Shown here one piece after another: positions 12,061 to 23,670 of a stretch of DNA of 64,000 bases. Below the pieces are notes generated by a model. It was not told where the DNA came from. It saw nothing but the letters and a program-made list of their open reading frames with translations, and did not search any database. The position numbers and the translations under genes were made by a program. Origin of the DNA: Octopus vulgaris (taxonomy: Eukaryota); NCBI GenBank assembly GCA_951406725.2, contig OX597833.1:56854001-56918000 (forward strand). Reading direction: 5' to 3'. Position 1 is the first letter of the stretch; each line of letters begins with the position of its first letter.

Positions 12061-12400
12061 TCTCTTTATATATAAACGGCAAAATGTCTGCGTGTGTGTC
12101 CTTTATACAAATCCATAATTTTTCAGTTAGAGAGCTCGCACTTTCTATGGTCATTCAAAACCGTCCAAGGGTGGTCGTGCACATCTTTACACTTCCCCAG
12201 TCACGCCGCAAAGCCATTAAAAAATCAATAGAAGTGACTTTTTTGTGAATTTTCTATCCAAAACTTGATACGCCAATTGAATGCCAGCTAGCTGTATGTG
12301 ATTGGTCGGAGATTTGGACAGTACTCGCGTGTATGTGTGCACACAGCTGTATATGCATGCACTAGCACTATGACCCAGCGTTGCCGGGTCATAGTGCTAG
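12061..12400 (+). mobile_element. Non-autonomous Helitron
   Basis: Inserted between A and T; 5' TCTCTTTATATATAAA; 3' GC-rich hairpin ending CTAG; no TSD. Confidence 0.85.
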
Positions 12401-12884
12401 TTGGTAAATAAAATATTTTTTTCAACTTAAGACAACTCTGCTTGAAAATACTTACTTAGGAATTCTTGCAAGTTTCTAAATCTTGAACTGCAAGCCTGTC
12501 TTCATATTAAGAAAGCAACAAATGTAAATATTGTAATCATAATCCTTATTCTAAAACCGTTTTCCCCTACTGGTATAGCTTGGCCAATATTTTTAATACA
12601 CTATCTCACCATGTCTCTTAAGTATGTTTCACATTATTTCAGAAGACCAAAACATTCTCTTATTTAACTTTTCCACTTTTCTTCAAACTTCTTCATCAAA
12701 TTCTGTCATGGCTATCTATCACTGAAGCACAAGCAACCAAATCTTCCTCAAACTTATCCTACCAGCTTAAAAAAAAGATGAAAATATTAAATTTTTTTAA
12801 TAAGATAGCTAGAAGCAAAGGAAGATTTACACATCTTCTTTGCAAGCCTTAAACACTTGAGATTTATATAGTTATATTCAGCTT

Positions 12885-13110
12885 AAGTATCTGTAGGTCA
12901 ATGTCTATAGAAAATGTGGATTGGGAAGAAATTCTAGAGGGTTACAGTTCTGAGGAAGAAAGATTGGTAAAATGACTAATCTGGAGTTTGAGTGATGAAA
13001 CTTAAAATAGTGATGATGGGTGACTAATTGGATAAGGCATGCAAATGGCTAGTTCAGAGAAATAGACAATTGGATTAGCTGTAGAAAATACAGAGGAAAG
13101 AGACAGTACA
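12885..13110 (-). pseudogene. Decayed LINE 3' end (CR1/L2/Jockey group)
   Basis: Minus strand loosely encodes ..SFFLRTVTL*NFFP..DLQILK, like the RT C-terminal SFFPRT..LWN.LP motif; resembles 20980-21120. Confidence 0.35.
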
Positions 13111-13282
13111 TTTGTAAGCTAGTGGTTGAAGCATGCCATTTTCTGAATCTTCCTTAAAAGATTAAAGACTTTCTGAGGGATGTAGTCCAAGATATATGTA
13201 TAGAGGCAACAACATCCCAAATATGTGAACAATATACAAATAGGGTCTTGAGCTTTGTAAAAGATTAGCAACTGATCAAGGC

Positions 13283-13912
13283 TTAACCCTTTCATTACCA
13301 ACCCGGCCGAAACTGGCTCTGGCTCTGTAGTACAAATGTCTTGTTTTTATGAGTTTTGAATTAAAATCTTCCACCAAACCTTAGTCACAATTAATGTTCC
13401 TAACACTAGCTTAATGGTAACTAAGTTATTTTACTAAATTCTTTGTTATATTTAAAATAATTGAAAGGAACACAGAGCATCATCATCATCATCATCATCG
13501 TTTAGCGTCCGTTTTCCATGCTAGCATGGGTTGGCCGGTTCTACTGGGGTCTGTGAAGCCAGAAGGCTTCATCAGGCCCAGTCAAATCTGGCAGTGTTTC
13601 TACGGCTGAATGCCCTTCCTAACGCCAACCACTCCGAGAGTATAGTGGGTGCTTTTTACGTGCCACCCGCACAGGTGCCAGACAGAGCTGGCAAACGGCC
13701 ACGAACGGATGGTGCTTTTTATGTGCCACCGACACGAGGGCCAGGCGAGGCTGGCAACGGACACGAAACGGGGCGGTGCTGGCAACGGTCGCGAAACGGA
13801 AGGTTCTCTTACATGCCACTGGCACTGGTAACACATCTCAATTTCCATTGATCGATTTCCATTGATCGATTTCGATTCTGTCTCAAAATAAATACAGTAA
13901 TGAAAGGGTTAA
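13283..13912 (+). mobile_element. TTAA-flanked piggyBac-like MITE family A, interrupted by a SINE
   Basis: TTAA-CCCTTTCATTAC...GTAATGAAAGGG-TTAA; colinear with 31239-31467 once 13481-13880 is removed. Confidence 0.9.
13481..13880 (-). mobile_element. SINE family 1 nested in MITE
   Basis: (CAT)n tail at 13478-13499; internal GTGCTTTTTACGTGCCAC repeats. Confidence 0.9.
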
Positions 13913-16339
13913 ACTATTTCCTGGTCCAAAGGAGAAATTCTGGACCTTGTGATACAGTTTTGGTAATGCTATATGTGTAGAATCACCAAATCAGAAACCC
14001 AGCAAGCATTTAACTCCAACATAAACCAAAAACAAGTAGTAATTAGTAGTATATTAACAACTCTAACAATAGCCACATCACACATCATAGTAACAACATC
14101 AAGTAACATATTTATATATATGTAAACTCCTTTATTAGATACTTTTATAAAAAATTAAATTTTAGAAAATGAATTCATTTTCTGCCTCTCTCTGAATCAT
14201 CAACAAAGAATCTGGAATTCTCTGAATGGAATTCCATAGGGATCCAATTTGTTATGCACTCTTTTTTTCACTTACACTTAGATGACCACATCACATTGCC
14301 ACAAAACACACTAACTCAAAGACAGATGATAATATTGTCACATCTTCCCAGTATCACATTCTTATAAAAACACCTTTAATTTAAAAACAAAATCCATACA
14401 TAATGTAGCAATTAATAAATCTAAAGAAATCAGATCTCAGTCCATTTTGATAAGTAACCAGTTGTTTGATCAACTGAATTACCAGCTCATTCAATTAGCA
14501 AATGAGTGGCTGAAGATGCCATAAACATTAACTTAATTCTTAGGTAGAATTAACATGACACGGTGTGAGGCAAGTCATCCATCAAACAGGTTTCTATATA
14601 TTTTCCATTTACCTAATTTCATTCACAAGGCTTAAGTCAATCTAAGACTATGGCAAAAAAAAAACACTAGCTCAAGATGTCATGCAATGGCACTAAACCC
14701 CAAATCTCATGATTGTGAATCAAATATCTTAATCATTCAACCAAAAATATACCAATGTTAAAGCACATATAAAATGTACTGCACAAAAAAAAAAAAGAGA
14801 CAAAACAATTAGAAAATGCTCCAATATTGAAGCAACTATTCATTTAGATTTAGTTTTCAGGATTTTCTACACAAAGAAAGGATAAATCAAGTGTTAAGAT
14901 CCTTAAGCAAGGATTGACTGTGAAGTGTCAACATATGCAAGCTTCAGGTAAAAACATATTTTATTGACTCAGAAATGTTTATTTGTAGCAATTCTATTGC
15001 TAACTGCTTAACTGCTGATAATGTTTGAGCTGATTTATTTGGATACCCAATAATAGACACCAACTTTTCATCAAAGTGACTTGTAATAATAATAATAATA
15101 AAAGCAATAACAATAATTAACAAAACATCACTTGCTTTTGTTCTTGATTCTGAACACTTACATAATATAACCTTGCAGAAGGAAAAAAAGTATCTGAGAA
15201 AAATAATAAAATATAATTTCTTTTCCATTTATACCTCTAGGGGTGGATATATTTGACAACAAACAGAACCCGGTAAAGAAAACATTCATTAGATTGCTCT
15301 TTAACTAATTATTGCAGCTTTAATTGGTTTTTCGACATCAAGACATTGACTATTTTGTTGTGACAACACGTGCACACATACACACACACACATGCACGCA
15401 CGAGCAAACATACGCACGCACGCACACACAAACACACAGATATGCATTGAATGTTTGGCTGTACAAATAGAAGCAGGAATATTCAATATATGTAGTAAAG
15501 TTTATTTTATTCTTTTGAAGCTGTCACAATTTGGTGTTTCTCATTATATGATAAACCACTGAGAGACCTTCTATGTGGTTACTCAACCTACTAGAAATAC
15601 TAACCAAATATCTCCTCAAATTACACCCAACTTTCTCACAATAAAGAAGAAAAAATACAAGATAGTCATGATGGAACATCGTTGATCATAGGTCCCTGCT
15701 GTCAGGGCTGACATAAGTTTAATAACACAAAAACAACAATATATGAAGTGAAAAGTCTTAGGTAATGCTCCAATATTTTCTTCATATAAGAAACAATGAC
15801 AATACAAAACAACTGCATCCATGAACAAACTAGTTCGGTATTCCTACCAATTAATTATTAATAATAAGCACTTACTAAGGGATAATGCCACCTGTATATG
15901 TTTTGCTTGGAGGCATGATAGAAAATCCTTGATGATCGGTTCATTAATACTCTAGAAGAAACTCAACACCCAAGTTGAGAGGGGAATGTTCTGTCATATA
16001 CATAACTGTTACAATGTACAGGCTTTCTATTAATATTACGAAATCATTTTGTCAACTCACAAAGAGTAATTGAAAATACATTTAACGCATCAGTAACATA
16101 TTAAATATGCCTATATACAATCTTCTTCAGTAACCTACTTTCATTTTTTTCTTTTTCTTTTTTAGTCTTTAGCAACAAAAAGTCAAGAAAAGCATAAAGA
16201 AAACTAAACCAAAATATAAGAGATTTATTTATTTATTGAATCAATACACTTACCACATAATAGGTGTATCATGACAATAGCTAAAACTGTAAATTGTATG
16301 AATATTTCAAATAAAACTGAGATTAATTAGAATTGTTTA

Positions 16340-16735
16340 TCTTACTCGTCCTGTCGAAAATACGCTTGTCCTGACGTCCTGGTTTTGTTGTTATTATTAC
16401 CATCATTGTTTTTACGTATTTTGTATTCTTATTCGTGCTATCATTATTGTTTCTACGTATTTTTGTATTTTTATTTGTGTAACATTGTCCGTTTTCCATC
16501 CCTGTGTTGTATACATTCGAGGCTTTCTTCCAAGGAATCTAATGTGCTTGGCTTAGATTTCCCTTGGGGCCTGCCCAGATCGGAGCAATCTCAAGATTAA
16601 TCAGCCGAAATTGCGAAGATGATCCGGTTCTTGACTGATGATTGAGGGCTTCAAATGTCCCGTCCGTGTTTTTTGTGTCGTCTTCTAAATGTTTCCCGTT
16701 CTTGTCCCAGTTTGTATATTTTTTTACTTTTACAT
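16340..16735. mobile_element. Unclassified CpG-rich interspersed element
   Basis: Abrupt T-rich, CpG-containing segment with recurring GTCC motifs, unlike its flanks; no second copy seen. Confidence 0.4.
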
Positions 16736-16746
16736 ATATATATATA

Positions 16747-17150
16747 TCATCATCATCATCGTTTAACGTCCGTTTTCCATGCTAGCATGGGTTGGATGGT
16801 TCGACCGGGGTCTGGGAAGCCAGGAGGCTGCACCAGACTCCAATCTGATCTGGCAGTGTTTCTACAGCTGGATGCCCTTCCTAACGCCAACCACACCATG
16901 AGTGTAGTGGGTGCTTTTTACATGCCAGGGGAGGCTGGCAACGGCCACGATCGGTTGGTGCTTTTTATGTGCCACAGGCACAGAAGCCAGTCAAGGCAAC
17001 AGCCATGTTCAGATGGTGCTTTTTACGTGCCAACTACAATTACAATTTCTATTTGATTTTTTGATGTTGATGTACTTGACTCAACAGGTCTCCTCAAGCA
17101 CAGTAGGTCGCCCTACGATCCAAGGTAAACACAGCAGGACATCCTGCAAT
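16747..17150 (-). mobile_element. SINE family 1, long copy
   Basis: (CAT)n-CGTTTAACGTCCGTTTTCCATGCTAGC..., three GGTGCTTTT units. Confidence 0.85.
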
Positions 17151-17257
17151 CCAAAGTACTTTTATTATATTCTGCACCTTACATACAAAATAAGATCCAA
17201 TAAACACATTGTTTTTTTTTGGGGGGGGGGCGAATAAAAATAATGGATACTTCTTAC

Positions 17258-17311
17258 CTCAAAGGATTCATGTATTAGTTGAACACAAAACAATTGAAAA
17301 GTATTTCTTAC
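17258..17311 (-). CDS. Candidate 54-nt exon (VRNTFQLFCVQLIHESFE in phase 0) or recursive-splicing exon
   Basis: Minus: pyrimidine-rich TTTTTATTTTTCTATTAAATTTCTAG|GTAAGA...CTTTGAG|GTAAGAAG; length divisible by 3, open in phase 0. Confidence 0.45.
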
Positions 17312-17637
17312 CTAGAAATTTAATAGAAAAATAAAAACCATTAATTTAGCATAAACATACAGATACATACAAACTCATATATATCATCATCACTCAATGT
17401 CACTTTTTCCATGCTAGCATGGGTTGAAGGGTTTGACAAGAACAGACAAGCTAGAGGGCTTTGCCAGGTTCTATGTCTACACACACACACATGTCATAAC
17501 CTTTTTGTATGAAAATATGCAGTCTGAAAAACCTGCCACTGGTCTTGTATTAATTCTATGAACAGAGACCTTAAAAACACCTTATGAAAACATTACAATT
17601 TATTCTCCTTTTGTAATAACACCAAGACAAAATCACC

Positions 17638-17862
17638 TTAACTCTTTTCATAGCAAACCGCCTGAGGTCAACTTTGGTTCAATGACAAACTTCTTGTTTT
17701 AGAGTGATGTAAATTAAAACATTCCCTCAAAATTTCTTATTAATTAATCTATACTTCAGCTTAATTGCAGCAATGTTATTTTACTAAGCTCTTTATTCTT
17801 TTCAAAATTAACTGAAATAAAAGTAATGTATTTCAACAGAAATACGGTAACAAAAGGGTTAA
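17638..17862 (+). mobile_element. Diverged TTAA MITE (family A-related)
   Basis: TTAACTCTTTT...TAACAAAAGGGTTAA, ~225 bp. Confidence 0.7.
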
Positions 17863-18711
17863 ATATCAAGGTAACAGTCATGTGTTGCATCTCATTTGCA
17901 CACAAATGACACACGACTAAATTCCATAAAATTTGGTGCAAAATACCAGGCCTAACAGTTGGCGATGGTGTTTTATGATAACCACATATCAATAACATTG
18001 TACATTTTTTTTACAACAACTAGCAGCATCCTAATCACCAGGCTTCCCTCTTCAGAGCCAGAAATTCCTTGTACCTTGATTACATACTACCTGATCTCCT
18101 GTCCCCAACACTAACACATGGAAACATGGCTATACAAGCACTACCAGCCATCCCTGGCTGAAGACTACCTCTGGGCATGAAACATTAGTAACAAAACATA
18201 GCTTGGACTAATATACAAACTATATCAATTTTATTTAAGGTTTTAGGTTATTTTTGCTTTACCTGTAGTTATTTTCTAAACAGAAATACTTGCAAATATA
18301 GTCTCCTAACCAATATATATACATATACAAGTAGACATATATGTGTAACATATAACATATTCTTTCCATGTATCCTATAAAAACTAACTCCAAACATAGA
18401 AAAATAGTTTGAATAGGTTTTATTCATGATAGTGTTTTTAATATTTCACATGAAATGTCTGCACAGCTACCAGACACCTTTTGTTAAAATCAGAAGGTCT
18501 CAGGTGAACAATTAAATTCGTTAAGTAAAGCCTTCTTCATATGAATGAATGTAGAATATGCTGGAATAAAACAATTTGCACAATTGAGAAATAAATTCAA
18601 TGGCATGAAAGGCTATTTCATTGGATAAAAAACAGTCATGTGGCATGCAAAACAGCAAGAGTTGTCTTTTTTGTATCAAGTTTCGAAGAGATCGGGAAAT
18701 CACCACCTTCG

Positions 18712-18882
18712 CATCATCATCATCATCATCACCACCACCACCACCACCACCACAACCACCACAACCACCACCACCACCATCATCATCACTGTCACCACCA
18801 CCACCAACACCAACACCACCACCAACACCAACACCACCACCACCACCATCATCACCAGCACCATCACCATCATCATCACTAT
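18712..18882. repeat. Compound (CAT)/(CAC)/(CAACAC) repeat
   Basis: Direct; source of the poly-H/P/T/G ORFs. Confidence 0.95.
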
Positions 18883-19867
18883 GATATATGATTACATGTG
18901 TGTGTATAAATTTATATACACAAGTACACACATACACACACATTATGTATGTATATGCCATTGTGCTTATACATCTGTGTCTTGATGTTGCTTGAAGCGT
19001 AAAAATAATGTCACTGTTTAGATTGAATGAATGTTTACACCTGCTATAAAAACATGTCCAGCAGTTGTGCAGTTCATCATGCAAAAGGTCAGAGGAAAAA
19101 ACACCTTTCTTTGAAACAAGTGAAGGTTAGCAACAAGCATAGACGTCTGACCATAGAATACTGCCTCAATGAAGCCTCATCCAACCTATGCTAGCATGGA
19201 AAAAGCAGTTGCAAAAATGATGAAATATAAGTGTGTGTGTGCGTGCATATATTTAGTCATGCCTACTTATACTGAGACACACAGACACACGAATATAATA
19301 CTGTATAGTGATTATAATTATGTGGATCTGATAACAATTACCACCTTGATGCTATATGAATTCAAGTAATATCCATTTAGAGAACAATCCTCTTATTATC
19401 TATGATAAGCCACTGATATGAAAAGAATGTTAGTCCTTATTACAAAGGACAAAACAGTCAGCTATTTATACAAGCCAATGTTATGTGACTATTTAGATAA
19501 TCATGAAACTAAAATAGGAAAATATCGTAAACTTCATCAGATTTTCAGGTATATTAATTTACGAACCGATATTAATTTTAAACAAATAACTTCAATATCC
19601 TTTTTTCTTAACCCATTCACAACCACACTCATCACTTCATAGACATAAAATTTTAAAATAAAATTTAAGGCAATTGAATGACTTTAAAAAAATATCCAAC
19701 TTTATCATTGATTAGCATATTAAACGAGTGTTTGGAATAAATTAACAAAGGTTTCTTATATCAGATTGTAACAGAATGAATATTTTTGAGCTAATGGTTT
19801 TTTATTCATGTGGGTTGATAAAAGAATAACCTTTTTAATCAATTTTATCTTTTATAGATACCAGGAT

Positions 19868-20080
19868 TGTGAGCTGGCAGAATCATTAGCACACTGAATG
19901 AAATGCTTAGAGGTAGTTCGTCTGTCTTTACATTCTGAGTTCAAATTCCACCGAGTTCAACTTTGCCTTTCATGCTTTCAGGGTCGATAAATTAAGTACC
20001 AGTTGTGTACAACGGTTGATCTAATTGACTGGCCCCCTCCCCCAAAATTTTGGGCTTTGTGCCTAGAGTAGAAAAGAATA
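19868..20080 (+). mobile_element. SINE family 2, tail variant ...GTGCCTAGAGTAGAAAAGAATA
   Basis: GAGCTGGCAGAATC head; GCCTTTCATGCTTTCAGGGTCGATAAATTAAGTACCAG core. Confidence 0.85.
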
Positions 20081-20569
20081 TTATCTACTGTCTAACTGTA
20101 CTGCCCAAGTTACATTCTTCAGTAAAACTTCACTCTTGAAAGGTGGTGTTTGCACATATACAGATTCCATTCTCCCTGCAGGGAACAACAAAGAATTAAT
20201 GTTACTCTGACTCAAAGTCTCCACCCACTGCACATGTGCACATGCACACACACACACACTTCTCTAAATATATTTGCTTCTTCTCCTGGTCTCTTAACTC
20301 TTCAAATCACCACCAACTCTCCAACCAAATAATTTGATCACTGTCTTGCCAAAACTAACCAACACACATTTACCCACTACACAAAGCCACCAGCCTTACT
20401 TGAACCCAAAATCCTATGGTATTCTACCAAACTCACCACGATGCACACATACATGCCAAGTACAAAAGTATGTATGGTTACAAGGCCACTAGTATTCCTA
20501 TACTCACCAAATTTTACAATATCTCTTTCTCTTGCCCTCTTTCACACTCTCTCTCTCTCTAGAGATATA

Positions 20570-21130
20570 TCATGATCTTTGGTTTCCGAGATGGGTAACT
20601 CCTCTGGCCTTGCCAGCTATCATCCTAGCACACACATTTTATGTATTTTAAGAGAATAGAGACAGCTATTAACAATGGGGTTTTTTACACCTCCTTAATG
20701 ACCACAAGTACAGCTTTTATAAAACAAGATATATTGGAGACCTACTATCCTCCCCACTAGTGGACCCTCACCCAAGGAAAATTTGGTGAAAGCAGTGACA
20801 TTGCCTTTGACATCAGCAAAAACTTTTGACCATATCTGGCATGCAAAATGCCTGTCAAAACTGACAACCTATTCTATTTGCATTACGGCATCCTCTATTT
20901 GATGAAGCTGGCTGGCCTCATGCCATCTCCACTCAAGCATTCTCAATACATTTATCTCACCTCTCATCAGCTATGTTGTATCCAGCCTCTCAGGCACTCA
21001 CTAATCACTACACTCGATCCTTTCTTCTCTTTCTAAAACATCATCTCTCTGGAATTCTCTTGCTGCACATGTCTTGCCTACACTTGTAAACTTCCAACAG
21101 CTTAGGTGGAGCAGTTTCCATCTCACAAAT
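20570..21130 (+). pseudogene. Decayed non-LTR retrotransposon reverse transcriptase
   Basis: FGFR at ~20578; FGESSDIAFDISK/TFDHIWHAKCLSKL at 20782-20863 (cf. ALDISKAFDRVWH..LL.KL); WNSL.AHV.P..NFQQL near 21050. Confidence 0.7.
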
Positions 21131-21239
21131 TTAGGAGAATTTATGAAGACCAGCCACTACCCCTTCCTCTAAATCTAGGTAATGAAGAATGAATATATAT
21201 ATTCTTAGTGGTTAAGTTTGATATCCAATGGTCATTGCA

Positions 21240-21700
21240 AGCAAAAATGAGTAGTACCTGTAATTCAAAGGGCCAGCTTCGTCACATTCTGTACCTCACT
21301 GAATCTTTCTGAGAACTATGTTAAGGGTATGTGTGTTGGTGGGTATGTGAGTATGTTAAGCGGCGAGCTGGCAGAACCATTAGCACCCCGGGCGAAATGC
21401 GTAGCCGTATTTCGTCTGCCGTTACGTTCTGAGTTCAAATTCCGCCAAGGTCGACTTTGCCTTTCATCCTTTCGGGGTCGATAAATTAAGTACCAGTTAC
21501 GCACTGGGGTCGATGTAATCGACTTAATCCGTTTGTCTGTCTTTGTTTGTCTCCTCTGTGTTTAGCCCTTTGTGGGTAGTAAAGAAATAGGTATGTGTGT
21601 CGGTGGAGTGCTCAGACACTTGCACATTAATTCCATAAGCAGGCTGTTCCATTGATTGGATCAACTGGAATCCTCATTATCATAACCAATGAAGTGCCAG
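21240..21700 (+). mobile_element. Older SINE body/tail interrupted by a family 2 SINE
   Basis: AAAAATGAGTAGTACCTG...GTTAAGGGTATGTGTGT resumes after the insertion as GGAGTGCTCAG... Confidence 0.5.
21360..21589 (+). mobile_element. SINE family 2, young full-length copy
   Basis: CpG-rich GCGGCGAGCTGGCAGAACC...GAGTTCAAATTCC...GCCTTTCATCCTTTCGGGGTCGATAAATTAAGTACCAG; flanked by GGTATGTGTGT(T/C)GGTGG repeats. Confidence 0.9.
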
Positions 21701-22460
21701 TTTTTTTGGGTTTTTTTGTGATATTTGTTTCACATCAAGTAAGACAATCTTTTTACCACTTTCGCATAAATACAGTGAACCAGTGATTGGCCCATTAGGT
21801 GAGCCAACTGCATTACCGCAATTGCGCAACTTGTAACAAATGATGCAATTGTTCAGAAACTGTGATAAAAAATTGATAAATAAATAAATAAATAAATAAA
21901 TAAATCATTGTTTAGAAACTGTAAAGCACATTTGCTGTTAAGTATTGGTTTATCCATAGCTAAAGGAAATAAAACACAAATTCAATTATAAAGAATTTAT
22001 AATCTTCTCTGAAAACTGATAACATACTTCAAATATATGGAACAGTGGGAGAGGAGGTTTGGTTAAAAATTTGTTTATAGAAATTACTATTTAGATACGT
22101 TGAGATATTGTTTTCAAAATTTATAACAGATTTCAATTCTAGCGATTCAAAAATGCATGCAATCTATAGCATTATTTATCTGGGGTGATGAAAGAAGGGG
22201 ACATAATAGATTGCAGGTCTAAAATATCGTAAAGAACTTAATTTTTTGTCTCTGCATTCCAAGTTCAAATCGTTCCTACTCACTTTAACTTCCCCATTTC
22301 TGCCTTCTGGGATAAAAATAAATAAACCAATATTTATCAGGGCTAATTCTATCAATTATACCCTTCTACAAATCTTGTCCTTGTTACTTAATTAATAGAA
22401 AACAATAGAGATATTGAGATAAATACATAATTAGCATCAATTTCAATATTGCCATTAGAA

Positions 22461-23105
22461 TACAGGGTGAATAAGGTATTTGAGGACAAACCATTTTTGG
22501 GTCATAGCTACATCAGATCTAAAAGGCTCTTAAACAAACTGAAAAATCCAGCAGAAGAAGATTTGATTTGGTTTTTCTCAAATGAGAAAAACTTCAACCA
22601 AATAAAGTTAACAGAAGAAATGACAGATGGTTATGTGCAGACCCTTCTGAAGTTCTTAGTGTTATGCATACAAAATTTCCTGCAGCTGTCATGGTTTTAG
22701 GGGTTGGCAGTAATGAAGGATATATGATGCCTCCTTACTTCTTTCCACAAGGCCTTAGAGTTAACTGCTGCCTACATTGAGGTCCTGGAAATAATTGATA
22801 AGCCCTGGATAGACAGTGTATGCAATGGAAGGCCTTATGCATTTCAGTAAGACTCTGCATTATCACACATGGCTCTAGTAACACAGGAATGGATGACTAA
22901 AAATTTTAAGGATCACATAACCTCTAACATTTGGCCTCCTAATCCTCCAGATCTCAATCCATTTGACTATAACATGTGGAGCGTTGTTGAGAGAGAGGTC
23001 AATAAACATGCCCATAACACCAAAGGTTCTTTGAAAGCTGCCATTGTCAGAGTAATATCCAAAATGAACCAGGACCACTTGATGCGGCTGTTTAGCTGCC
23101 TTTAG
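22461..23105 (+). pseudogene. maT (DD37D) Tc1/mariner-superfamily transposase relic
   Basis: WFFSNEKNF, VNRRNDRW, HTKFPAAVMVLG, FQ*DSALSH and WPPNPPDLNPFDY; 37 residues between the last two catalytic D; frameshifts and a stop; TA|CAGGGTG at 22461. Confidence 0.9.
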
Positions 23106-23283
23106 TTTTGAGTCACAGGCCCAATTATCCCTCCACAGGAGCCGGCTTAAAAGTCCGCACAGAGTGCAGCTTTTAAGCTAGTTATAAACAGATGTCAATT
23201 CTGGTTTAAAGCTAGAGCCAGCTCTTTCAAGGACCATACACACTCCAATTTGTACAGTGAGCAAAACCATTTGTTATCAATAA

Positions 23284-23497
23284 TGGTATCAAATTTTGGC
23301 ACAAGGCCAGCAATTTTGGAGGGAGGGATGAGTTGAATGCATCAACCCCAGTACTCAACTGGTACTTATTTTCTTGACTCAGAAAGCATGAAAGGCAAAG
23401 TCAACCTAGGCGGAATTCGAACTCAGAACATAGATGGACTAAATACCATTAAACATTTTGCTCAGCATGTTAACAATTCTGTCAGCTCACTGCCTTT
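23284..23497 (-). mobile_element. SINE family 2
   Basis: TSD TGTTATCAATAATG at 23272-23285 and 23499-23512. Confidence 0.85.
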
Positions 23498-23522
23498 ATG
23501 TTATCAATAATGAAAGTAGTTT

Positions 23523-23670
23523 TACATTCTGAGTTCAAATTCCACCACAGTCGACTTTGCCTTTCATCCTTTCAGGGTCAATAAATTAAGTACCAGTTGC
23601 ATACTAGGGTCAATCTAATTGACTGGCTGCCTCCCCAAAAATTTCAGGCCTTGTGCCTAGAGTAGAAAAG
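23523..23670 (+). mobile_element. SINE family 2, 5' truncated
   Basis: TSD AATAATGAAAGTAGTTT at 23506-23522 and 23671-23687. Confidence 0.85.

Noticed and set aside
13531-13851. Recurrent ...LDALPNANHS..GAFYVP ORFs (also 2217, 3760, 16655, 25439, 33198, 44157)
   Set aside because: Translations of non-coding SINE family 1.
16600-16660. GAAA ... CTGATGA as a type II hammerhead
   Set aside because: Required stems do not pair next to the core boxes.
18521-19084. Overlapping poly-His/Pro/Thr/Gly ORFs
   Set aside because: Produced by a CAT/CAC trinucleotide repeat that lacks stops in several frames.
23139-23183. Short hairpins (also 14164-14183, 26139-26161, 35566-35598)
   Set aside because: Short or imperfect stems with no other supporting context.
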